Origin: an uncultured Streptococcus sp.
GTDB lineage: Bacteria; Bacillota; Bacilli; Lactobacillales; Streptococcaceae
Reading direction: 5' to 3'
DNA length: 64,000 nt
NCBI GenBank assembly: GCA_916439305.1
Contig: CAKAIO010000004.1
Span: 308,290-372,289 of the forward strand
Below the pieces are notes generated by a model that made no database searches, was not told where the DNA came from, and saw only the letters and a program-made list of their open reading frames with translations. How positions within the stretch are numbered: position 1 is the stretch's first letter; each line of letters begins with the position of its first letter. Position numbers and translations under genes: made by a program. Shown one piece after another: positions 50,813 to 59,926 of the stretch.

Positions 50813-51537
50813 ATAATCGATTGCGGAAGACTTCGTACATAAGAATAGCAGCAGCAACGCTTGCATTGAGACTCTGTACATGTCCATTCATTGGAATAGT
50901 GATCATCTCGTCCACTTGCTTTGATGTTACTTGAGATACCTTTTCCTTCATTTCCGATAATGAGGGCGACCTTTCCACTGGTGTTCCATTTATGGCAAGG
51001 AGTTCCATTCATATCAGTTCCAAAGGTCCAAAATCCTTCTTCTTTTAGTTTGTCCAAGGTTTGGCTGAGATTGGTAACACGAGCGATAGGCACATGCTCG
51101 ATGGCACCCGTTGCTGTTTTTGCAACTACGGGTGTCACACCAACAGCTCGATGCTTGGGAATAATGACTCCTGAAACATTGGTTGCATCGGCTGTTCTTA
51201 GGATAGAACCTAAGTTATGAGGGTCAGTTAGTCCATCGAGGATCAATACTAGTGGGTTTTCTTCTTGACGAGTCTGAGAAAGAATCTGCTCAAGTTCAGT
51301 ATAGGCAAATTCAGAAACACGTAGGACAAAACCTTGGTGGACAGCTCCTTCAGTCATTTCGGAAAGAGATTTTTTTGAAGTCCAAGAAATGGATACTTTC
51401 TTTTCAGTTGCCAGTTCCTTGACTTTTTCTACATTCTTACCTCTTAAATCATCTTGGAGATAGAGTTTGTTTCCAGTATTTGCTAACAGTGCTTCGGTAA
51501 CGGCGTGAACGCCATAGACAATATCATTTGTTTTCAT
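50811..51537 (-). CDS. rlmB: 23S rRNA (G2251-2'-O)-methyltransferase, SpoU family; frameshift near 50920
   Basis: [33 protein letters not shown]. Confidence 0.92.
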
Positions 51538-51581
51538 GGCTCTATTATAACATAAAACCCCGTCTTTCAACGGGATTTTCT

Positions 51582-52198
51582 TTATTCCAGAATGAGTAAA
51601 CCTTCTTTGACTGCGAAAGGATCCTTTTCATTGATACGATCATAAAACATAACACCATTTAAGTGGTCGATTTCATGTTGTACAACGATGGAGTTGTAGC
51701 CTTTTAGCTTGATGCGATGCTTTTTCGCCATCTTTGTCAAAGTAGTCGACAGTTACTCGAGCATGGCGGATAACATAACCTGGGAACAGCTACGATCGAC
51801 TGATAGGCAACCTTCTCCCTCTCCTAGAGCAGCGTCTTGGACTGAGTGTGAGACAATCTTAGGATTGTACATAACAGCTTTGTAAGTCATAGGCTTCTTG
51901 AGGTGTTTCACCTTCCTCGGTGATATTAGGAACTAAAACAGCAATGATGCGTTTTGAGATATCTAATTGTGGTGCAGCAAGTCCGACTCCTCCACGTAGA
52001 CCCTAACTTTTCAGCCATAACTGGGTCTTGTGAATGTTTCAAAAATTGCATCATTTTCTCACCAAGGATGATATCTTGATCACTCAATGGGAAAGTGACT
52101 TCCTCGGCAACTGCACGTAGGGTTGGATTGCCCTCGCGGATAATATCTTTCATGTCGATTAAATGTGAAGCTTTTGTAATACGTTCTATAGCAGACAT
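51582..52198 (-). CDS. def: Peptide deformylase; several frameshifts
   Basis: [23 protein letters not shown] and QHEIDHLNG are readable in shifting frames. Confidence 0.92.
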
Positions 52199-52346
52199 CT
52201 TCTCTCCTTCCTTCCATTACAATTCCATGATAACACAAAATAGTTGAGAAAGAAAGTCACAGAAGTTGCTAATAAAGGGAAATAGCTATTTGTCTGTGGT
52301 ATAATAAAGTAAGGAGACTTGCATCAAAAAGCAAGGAGAAAGAGAT

Positions 52347-53663
52347 ATGGAAAAACGTAGTAGAAGAAAAAAGCAATCAGGATTACCAGTTGTCAGAGAG
52401 TCTATCCAATTTTTCAAAAACTATCGACAGTGGAGTAATAAAACCTTTGTTGTTGTGTTGTTGATTGTTGTTGCGATTTCGATGGCTTTGACTTTATTAG
52501 CTCAAGGAATAAAGGGAGTTCCATTGTGGAAGAGGAATGCAACTGCAGTGAGTCAGAATTCAGACTCTAAAGGTAAGAATTCCGTAACGGAAGAAGAAAC
52601 GAGTGTGCGCATCATGGCAAATGGTGACCTCCTCTATCATATTCCGATTTATCGAACTGCCCTAAAAGAAGATGGGACTTATGATTTTCATGAAAATTTT
52701 GAGTATGTAAAACCTTGGCTCAAGCAAGCAGATCTAGTCATCGGTGACTTTGAAGGCACTGTAAACAAAGACCACTACTTGGGAGGTTATCCTTTGTTTA
52801 ATGCACCTGGAGAAGTTATGGATGCTATAAAGGATGCTGGTTATCAGGTTTTAGACTTGGCTCACAATCATATCTTAGATTCTCAGATTGAGGGTGTTTT
52901 TTCGACTGCAGATGCTATCGAAAAAGCTGGAATGACACCAATTGGTGTTTATACCCATGAACCACGAGATAAGGCGCCTATCGTTATCAAGGAAGTTAAG
53001 GGGATTAAAGTTGCTCTCTTAGCTTATTCTTATGGATTTAACGGTATTGAAGAATACATTTCTAAAGAAGACTATGACAATCATCTTTCTGACCTGAATG
53101 AAGAAAAAATGAAGGCCGAAATTGAAAGAGCTGAAAAAGAAGCAGATATAACGGTTGTTATGCCTCAGATGGGAATTGAGTATCAATTGGAACCAACTGA
53201 AGAGCAAAAGCAACTCTACCATAAAATGATTGACTGGGGAGCTGATATTATCTTCGGTGGACATCCTCACGTTGTTGAACCTGCTGAGACAGTTGAAAAA
53301 GACGGGGATAAGAAACTCATTATCTACTCTATGGGGAATTTCCTATCGAATCAGCGTATTGAAACCATGCAGGATGAGGAAAATGCAAAATGGACAGAAC
53401 GTGGTGTTCTAATGGACGTGACCATTAAGAAAAAATCTGGTAAGACTACAATTGAGACAGCACAAGCTCATCCTAGCTGGGTTAATAGGACACCCAAAGG
53501 AACGTATTCTCCAGAAGGCTATCCACTTTATCTATATCAGACCTATATCTTAGATGATTTTATCGAGGGTGGGAAATATCGTAGCCAGTTAGATGAGGCA
53601 ACCAAGGAACGTATTGATACAGCCTACAAAGAAATGAATGAGCATGTAGGTTTGAAATGGTAG
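52347..53663 (+). CDS. CapA/PGA_cap family metallophosphatase-like membrane-anchored protein
   Basis: GDLLYH, GDFEG, LAHNHILD, GGHPHV, YSMGNF. Confidence 0.88.
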   Translation: MEKRSRRKKQSGLPVVRESIQFFKNYRQWSNKTFVVVLLIVVAISMALTLLAQGIKGVPLWKRNATAVSQNSDSKGKNSVTEEETSVRIMANGDLLYHIPIYRTALKEDGTYDFHENFEYVKPWLKQADLVIGDFEGTVNKDHYLGGYPLFNAPGEVMDAIKDAGYQVLDLAHNHILDSQIEGVFSTADAIEKAGMTPIGVYTHEPRDKAPIVIKEVKGIKVALLAYSYGFNGIEEYISKEDYDNHLSDLNEEKMKAEIERAEKEADITVVMPQMGIEYQLEPTEEQKQLYHKMIDWGADIIFGGHPHVVEPAETVEKDGDKKLIIYSMGNFLSNQRIETMQDEENAKWTERGVLMDVTIKKKSGKTTIETAQAHPSWVNRTPKGTYSPEGYPLYLYQTYILDDFIEGGKYRSQLDEATKERIDTAYKEMNEHVGLKW

Positions 53664-53683
53664 TGACTAAGAAGAGGAGTAAG

Positions 53684-54511
53684 ATGGATATTAAAGTCAT
53701 TGCGACGGATATGGATGGAACTTTGTTGGATCCAAAAGGACAACTGGATCTACCACGGCTTGAAAAAATCTTGGATAAGCTGGATCAACGTGGCATTCGC
53801 TTTGTTATTGCAACTGGGAATGAAATTCATCGTATGCGTCAATTACTGGAGCATCTTGTAGAAAGAGTCGTTCTCGTAGTTGCTAATGGTGCTCGTATAT
53901 TTGAAAATGATGAATTACTACAAGCACAAACTTGGGATGATGCCATGGTTGATAAAGCTTTGGGACATTTTAAAGGCAGAGAATGCCAGGATCAGTTTGT
54001 CGTAACTGCGATGAATGGTGGTTTTGTAAAGAAAGGTACAGTTTTCACAGAACTAGATAAATTCATGACTCCAGAGATGATTGAAAAGCTCTATCAGCGA
54101 ATGAACTTTGTTGATGAATTTGACACTAGTCTCTTCGGTGGTGTTCTAAAGATGAGTATGGTTGTTGGTGAAGAGCGATCCGATGCAGTTTTACAGGAAA
54201 TTAATGACTTGTTTGATGGGCATGTGCGAGCTGTTTCCAGCGGTTATGGCTGTATTGATATCTTACAGGACGGGATCCATAAGGCTTGGGGCCTAGAAGA
54301 ATTGCTCAAACGTTGGAACTTAAAACCAGAACAAATCATGGCTTTTGGTGATAGTGAAAATGACATTGAAATGTTAGAGTTAGCAGGAATTTCATACGCC
54401 ATGGAAAATGCTGAGGAGTCTGTTAAGGAAGTTGCGACAAAAGTGGCGCCAGCCAACAATCAGGCAGGTGTTTACCAAGTTTTAGAAAACTGGCTAGAAA
54501 GAGGAGAATAA
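53684..54511 (+). CDS. Cof-type HAD-IIB hydrolase
   Basis: ATDMDGTLL, IATG, AFGDSENDIEML. Confidence 0.92.
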   Translation: MDIKVIATDMDGTLLDPKGQLDLPRLEKILDKLDQRGIRFVIATGNEIHRMRQLLEHLVERVVLVVANGARIFENDELLQAQTWDDAMVDKALGHFKGRECQDQFVVTAMNGGFVKKGTVFTELDKFMTPEMIEKLYQRMNFVDEFDTSLFGGVLKMSMVVGEERSDAVLQEINDLFDGHVRAVSSGYGCIDILQDGIHKAWGLEELLKRWNLKPEQIMAFGDSENDIEMLELAGISYAMENAEESVKEVATKVAPANNQAGVYQVLENWLERGE

Positions 54512-54512
54512 C

Positions 54513-55148
54513 TTGGCAGTACAACTATTAGAAAACTGGCTCTTAAAAGAGCAAGAGAAAATTCAAACCAAGTATCGTGAACTTAATCGTATCTCGGTAA
54601 TTGAACCCTCTATCATCTTTATTGGTGATTCAATTATTGAGTATTATCCTTTGCAAGAATTACTAGGAACGTCAAAGACGATTGTGAATCGAGGCATTCG
54701 AGGCTATCAGACCGGACTTTTATTGAAGAATCTTGATGCCCACCTCTATGGTGATGCAGTGGATCAAATTGTACTTTTGATTGGGACCAATGACATTGGG
54801 AAAGATGTTCCAATGAGTCAAGCACTAGGGAACCTTGAAAGTGTGATTCAAAGTATTTCTCGTGACTATCCGCTGTCACAGATTAAGCTAGTTTCCATTC
54901 TGCCAGTTCATCAAGGGGAAGAATACAAACAGACAGTTTATATTCGTACAAATGAGAAAATCGAGGCCTGGAACCAAGCATATCAAGAGCTAGCTTCTGC
55001 CTACATGCAGGTAGAATATGTGTCTGTTTTTGAAGAGCTACTCGATCAGGAAGGGCAACTCAAATCAGACTATACAACAGATGGGCTTCACCTTAGCGTT
55101 TCTGGCTATCAGGCTCTATCTGAAACCTTGAAAACTAGACTTTTCTAG
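54513..55148 (+). CDS. SGNH/GDSL hydrolase (TTG start)
   Basis: GDSI, NRGI.G, GTND, DGLH blocks. Confidence 0.9.
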   Translation: MAVQLLENWLLKEQEKIQTKYRELNRISVIEPSIIFIGDSIIEYYPLQELLGTSKTIVNRGIRGYQTGLLLKNLDAHLYGDAVDQIVLLIGTNDIGKDVPMSQALGNLESVIQSISRDYPLSQIKLVSILPVHQGEEYKQTVYIRTNEKIEAWNQAYQELASAYMQVEYVSVFEELLDQEGQLKSDYTTDGLHLSVSGYQALSETLKTRLF

Positions 55149-55209
55149 ACATCTACTTGCATTTTTGCATTTTTACCATAGATAGGGTATAATAGTTCTA
55201 TTGTCTTTT

Positions 55210-55555
55210 GGGGTCGTTACGGATTCGACAGGCATTATGAGGCATATTTTGCGACTCGTGTGGCGACGTAAACGCTCAGTTAAATATAACTGCAAAAAAT
55301 AACACTTCTTACGCTCTAGCTGCCTAAAAACCAGCAGGCGTGACCCGATTCGGATTGCTCGTGTCTGATGACAGGGTCTTATTATTAGCGAGATACGATC
55401 AAACTTTGTCTAGCAGTTTGATAAGAGATTAATAGACTCGCAGTTCCTAGGCTTGAGTTATGTGTCGAGGAGCTGTTAAAACAATACATAACCTATGGTT
55501 GTAGACAAATATGTTAGCAGGTGTTTGGACGTGGGTTCGACTCCCACCGGCTCCA
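55210..55555 (+). ncRNA. ssrA: tmRNA
   Basis: 5' GGGGTCGTTACGGATTCGAC; tag AKNNTSYALAA* at 55292-55327; 3' GGGTTCGACTCCCACCGGCTCCA. Confidence 0.97.
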
Positions 55556-55587
55556 TTAATAATTTACATTGTTTTGTAAATCTTTCT

Positions 55588-55614
55588 AAAACGTTGTTTT
55601 TGCAACGTTTTTTT
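55588..55614 (+). terminator. ssrA terminator
   Basis: AAAACGTTG-loop-CAACGTTTTTTT. Confidence 0.7.
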
Positions 55615-55727
55615 ATTTTATTCTTCGGTATTCCTTTTTACAAAAGGGATACAACAAAGGATACAACATTTTTGTCGTATCCTAAATATCAAACCAAGTC
55701 CTGAATTTTCTTAAGTTTTTATCATAT

Positions 55728-55920
55728 TTTGTGTTGTAATTAAGGTGCCTTAAGAAAAATAATGAAAAAACTAAATGTTTTTCATATAGTTTTCATTTTT
55801 TGTGTTATAATTAAGGTGCCTTAAGAAAAATATTAAGGTGCCTTAAGAAAAAAATATTAAGGTGCCTTTAAGAAAAATAATGAAAAAAACTAAATGTTTT
55901 TTTCATATAGTTTTTCATTG
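55728..55920 (+). repeat. Tandem amplification of an mntH-type promoter/operator (4 x TTAAGGTGCCTTAA)
   Basis: Palindrome at 55740, 55811, 55833 and 55857 (last copy has an extra T). A ~70-bp unit is duplicated with ~22-bp internal repeats. Confidence 0.85.
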
Positions 55921-56001
55921 TTTTAATAGTTTAAAGTCAATCTTATTTTTTTCTCTAATAGAAAATAATGAAAAAGTAGGTATAGAAAGAGGTAAGTATC
56001 T

Positions 56002-56298
56002 ATGTCTTCTCATAAAAAAAGTGTCACTCTCTGAGATTAATCAATCTATCGATTTTGACACGAAATCAAATTGACAAAAGATAAGGATGGAAATTGGCTT
56101 ATTTCTCAAGAAGACTATCGTACTCTTGCAACTGAGTTGATTGATAATACTGAAGGTTACGATAAAATTGTTCGAGGAAACTCAGGTAAATCTACAGATA
56201 AGTCTAAAGACGCCGACAAATCTAAAGACGCCGACAAATCTAAAGATGCAGACAAGTCTAAAGAGAAATCTTCAGACAAATCTAAAGAGAAAAAGTAA
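56002..56298 (+). CDS. Chimeric ~98-aa ORF or pseudogene: MntH N-terminal 16 aa fused to a domain with a DKSKDA-repeat tail
   Basis: RBS AGAAAGAGGT and ATG at 56002 encode [16 protein letters not shown]. One +1 and one -1 indel restore the frame with ORF 56071-56298. Confidence 0.55.
56197..56295 (+). repeat. 18-bp coding tandem repeat (DKSKDA)n
   Basis: GAyAArTCTAAAGAyGCn x3, then two degenerate DKSKEK units. Confidence 0.85.
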
Positions 56299-56472
56299 CG
56301 TCTAAAAATTTAAGATTTCAAAAGATAACAAGTAGTTTAAGATGAGCTACTTGTTTTTTTATTTTTAGAAATGTTGGAAAAAAATTGTAGAATTTTATCT
56401 AAATAAATATCTTCATTATTTTCCAAAATATCCCGATGAAATCTTAGATTTCCACAGTTTTTTAAAAATTTT

Positions 56473-56495
56473 GTGATATAATTAAGGTGCCTTAA
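56473..56495 (+). promoter_or_regulatory. mntH promoter with candidate MntR/ScaR/SloR (DtxR-family) operator
   Basis: Extended -10 TGATATAAT directly followed by TTAAGGTGCCTTAA (TTAAG-N4-CTTAA). Confidence 0.7.
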
Positions 56496-56612
56496 GAAAA
56501 TTAATGAAAAAATTGGCGGTTTTTACATTTATTTTCAGTATCTTGTAATTTTAGATTATCTTTCAGTAATGATAAGCGACGAAAGGTTAGGTTTAGAAAG
56601 AGGTAGTGAGAA

Positions 56613-57946
56613 ATGTCATCTCATAAAAAAGTTTCACTTTCTGAGATTAATCAGTCTATCGAGACTCCAAATAATAATCATTTCTGGCAAAATTTAAAGG
56701 CTTTTTTAGGTCCGGGTGCCCTTGTAGCTGTTGGTTATATGGATCCAGGAAACTGGATTACCAGTGTTGTCGGTGGGGCTTCCTATAAGTATAGTCTCTT
56801 GTTTGTCATCTTGATTTCATCTCTCATTGCCATGCAGCTTCAGCAGATGGCAGGAAAGCTTGGGATAGTTACCCAGATGGACCTAGCTCAGGCAACGGCA
56901 CACCATTCACCAAAATGGCTTCGTTATAGTCTATGGGTGATTTTGGAATTGGCCTTGATGGCGACAGACTTGGCAGAAGTACTCGGTTCTGCGATTGCTC
57001 TTAATCTTCTCTTTAAGATTCCGATTATGATAGCAATCTTGATGACAGTTCTAGATGTCTTTCTCTTGTTGCTTCTGATGAAATTTGGCTTTAAGAAAAT
57101 AGAAGCGATCGTTACGACACTCATTTTAACCATTCTAGCAATCTTTACTTACCTAGTAGCCTTGTCACATCCAAGTTTCCAAGGAATCGCTGAAGGTTAT
57201 TTACCCAATTCGACCTTATTTGAGAGTCCTTTGCCAGGACATGAAAGTCAATTAACATTAGCCCTTGGGATTGTAGGTGCGACGGTTATGCCCCATAACC
57301 TCTATTTGCATTCTTCCTTATCTCAAACTCGGAAAATCAATCACAAGGCCAAGGATGATGTTCGAAAAGCGGTGCGCTTTATGACCTGGGATTCAAATCT
57401 TCAACTGTCCTTGGCCTTTATCGTTAACTCCCTTCTATTAATCCTCGGGGCGGCTCTCTTTTTCGGCCATGCATCCGAGATTTCTGCCTTCTCTCAAATG
57501 TATAACGCCCTGCAGGATTCTACCATTGCAGGAGCTATAGCTAGCTCGACCTTATCAACCTTGTTTGCCTTGGCCCTATTAGCCAGTGGTCAGAATTCGA
57601 CTATCACAGGTACCTTGACTGGACAAATCGTTATGGAAGGTTTCTTGCATATGAGATTGCCTCAGTGGTTCATTCGTTTGGCAACTCGTCTCTTTGCCTT
57701 GTTGCTGTCATGATTGTAGCGGTTGTGTTTGGTCATCAGGAAAAAACCTTGGATCAGTTATTGGTCTATTCGCAGGTCTTTCTTTCAATCGCTCTTCCGT
57801 TTTCAATCTTCCCTTTGATTTATCTGACTTCTAAGAAATCACTGATGGGCGAATTTACCAATGCTAAATGGAATACCATACTTGGTTATATTGTTTCCAT
57901 TATCTTAACAATTCTCAATGTGAAATTGTTATTTGATATTTTCTAA
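56613..57946 (+). CDS. mntH: NRAMP family Mn2+ transporter; frameshift near 57705
   Basis: [45 protein letters not shown]. Confidence 0.95.
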
Positions 57947-57980
57947 GAAATTCACCCGAGTTATAAAACAAGCATATAAG

Positions 57981-58016
57981 AAAAAAGATACCCAAGATTT
58001 CTTGGGTATCTTTTTT
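57981..58016. terminator. Bidirectional terminator between mntH and tRNA-Ser
   Basis: AAAAAAGATACCCAAGA-TT-TCTTGGGTATCTTTTTT. Confidence 0.8.
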
Positions 58017-58025
58017 GAAAATAAA

Positions 58026-58113
58026 CGGAAGACATGGGATTCGAACCCACGCACGCTTTAACACGCCTACCGCGTTTCCAACACGGCCTCTTAAGCCTCT
58101 TGAGTAATCTTCC
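58026..58113 (-). tRNA. tRNA-Ser (GGA)
   Basis: GGAAGATTACTCAAGAGG...; anticodon arm CCGTG-TTGGAAA-CGCGG; long variable arm; GGTTCGAATCC. Confidence 0.95.
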
Positions 58114-58181
58114 AATACTTACTAACCTAGTCTACCATAAAGCCTTCTTTCTTGCAAATTTATTTAAAGTTGAGGAGTCAG

Positions 58182-58221
58182 TGATAGAAATTGAAAGAAA
58201 GTGACAAAAAATGCTTGACTT
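58182..58221 (+). promoter_or_regulatory. FruR operator (10-bp direct repeats)
   Basis: TGATAGAAAT-TGAAAGAAAG-TGACAAAAAA-TGCTTGACTT phased repeats overlapping the -35 TTGACT. Confidence 0.7.
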
Positions 58222-58248
58222 TGATTTTTTTTATGATAGAATGAATAA

Positions 58249-58262
58249 TGTAATCGTTAACA
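58249..58262 (+). promoter_or_regulatory. cre site (CcpA)
   Basis: TGTAATCGTTAACA fits TGWNANCGNTNWCA. Confidence 0.75.
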
Positions 58263-58274
58263 GGAGGTAAACTA

Positions 58275-59015
58275 ATGCTAAAAAGTGAACGAAAACAGTT
58301 GATTTTAGAAGAATTGAGTAAGCATAAAATCGTCTCTCTAGAGAAATTGGTAGGCTTGTTAGATACCTCAGAATCAACAGTTAGACGTGATTTAGATGAA
58401 TTGGAGTCTGAAAATAAACTTCGTCGAGTGCATGGAGGAGCAGAGTTGCCTCACTCCTTGCAAGAAGAAGAAACCATTCAAGAAAAATCTGTCAAAAACC
58501 TTCAAGAGAAAAAGTTGATTGCTCAAAGAGCATCTTCCCTCATCAAAGAAAAAGATGTTATCTTTGTGGATGCAGGAAGTACGACAGCCTTTCTCATTAA
58601 AGAATTGGAGCGAAAAGACATTACAGTGGTAACCAATTCCATTCACCATGCGGTTCAATTAGTTGATAAGCAAATCCCAACAGTCATTATCGGTGGTGGA
58701 GTCAAGATGACAACTGATGCCAGTATCGGAGGAGTAGCTCTCAACCAGATTAACCAACTGCACTTTGATCGTGCCTTTATCGGAATGAACGGTGTGGATG
58801 AAGGTTATTATACAACTCCGGATATGGAGGAGGGCGCCGTCAAGCGTGCTATCTTAGAAAATGCTAAACAAACCTATGTCTTGGTAGATTCATCCAAGCT
58901 TGGTCAGTCTTGTTTTGCTAAGGTAGCTCCTATAAAACGTGCTATTGTCATTACATGCAAGGGTCACGAGCTCTTGTCAGCTATCAAAGAGAAAACGGAG
59001 GTAATAGAAGTATGA
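58275..59015 (+). CDS. fruR: DeoR family fructose operon repressor
   Basis: SESTVRRDL..LE HTH, RVHGGA, DAGSTT, VTNS. Confidence 0.93.
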   Translation: MLKSERKQLILEELSKHKIVSLEKLVGLLDTSESTVRRDLDELESENKLRRVHGGAELPHSLQEEETIQEKSVKNLQEKKLIAQRASSLIKEKDVIFVDAGSTTAFLIKELERKDITVVTNSIHHAVQLVDKQIPTVIIGGGVKMTTDASIGGVALNQINQLHFDRAFIGMNGVDEGYYTTPDMEEGAVKRAILENAKQTYVLVDSSKLGQSCFAKVAPIKRAIVITCKGHELLSAIKEKTEVIEV

Positions 59016-59926
59016 TTTATACAGTCACACTCAATCCATCTATAGACTACATTGTCCGTTTGGACAAAGTGGAAGTTGGTAGTGTTAATCGTATGGATAG
59101 TGATGATAAGTTTGCTGGTGGTAAAGGTATCAATGTTAGCCGTGTCTTGAAGCGTTTGGATATTCCAAATACAGCGACAGGTTTCATCGGAGGCTTTACT
59201 GGAAAATTTATCACAGATACTTTAGCTGAAGAACAAATTGAAACGCAATTTGTCCAAGTGGCAGAAGATACGCGTATCAATGTCAAGATCAAAGCAGACC
59301 AAGAAACTGAAATCAATGGGACAGGTCCTAATGTTGAGTTCGAACAACTTGAAGAGTTAAAAGCCATTCTTTCAAATCTCACAGCAGAAGATACAGTTGT
59401 ATTTGCAGGTTCGAGTGCTAAAAACTTGGGTAATGTCATCTATAAGGATTTGATTGCCTTGACCCGTCAGACAGGCGCACAAGTAGTCTGTGACTTTGAA
59501 GGTCAAACCTTGATTGATAGTTTGGATTATCAACCACTTTTGGTCAAACCAAATAATCATGAACTGGGAGCTATCTTTGGAGTCAAGCTTGAAAGCCTTG
59601 ATGAAATAGAGAAATACGCTCGAGAATTGCTAGCTAAAGGTGCTCAAAACGTGATTATCTCTATGGCTGGTGATGGAGCCCTTCTGGTAACATCAGATGG
59701 AGCATACTTTGCTAATCCGATTAAGGGAATCGTTAAAAACTCAGTGGGTGCTGGTGACTCGATGGTTGCTGGATTTACGGGTGAGTTTGTCAAATCAAAA
59801 AGACGCAGTAGAAGCCTTCAAAGTGGGGAGTGGCATGTGGAACAGCGACCACCTTCTCAGATGATTTGGCAACTGCAGCATTTATTAAAGAAACTTATGA
59901 AAAAGTTGAGGTAGAAAATAAGATGA
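59012..59926 (+). CDS. fruK: 1-phosphofructokinase; 3' frameshifts
   Basis: TVTLNPSID, GGKGINVS, KPN..EL, NSVGAGDS. Confidence 0.93.

Noticed and set aside
52347..53663. CapA gene as a poly-gamma-glutamate capsule locus
   Set aside because: No capB/capC neighbours; stand-alone CapA-domain proteins are common.
55740..55871. Repeated 14-22-bp palindromic units as a mini-CRISPR array
   Set aside because: Repeats are too short, the intervening sequences are not unique spacers, no cas genes are present, and the same motif sits in the mntH promoter.
55495..56074. ORFs 55495-55704 and 55862-56074
   Set aside because: The first overlaps the tmRNA 3' end and terminator. The second runs through the promoter repeats, and only its last codons belong to the chimeric ORF.
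56496..56612. Mn-sensing yybP-ykoY riboswitch in the mntH leader
   Set aside because: No recognisable conserved core or stable multi-stem structure seen.
57915..58115. 66-aa minus-strand ORF
   Set aside because: It is a translation of tRNA-Ser and the terminator.
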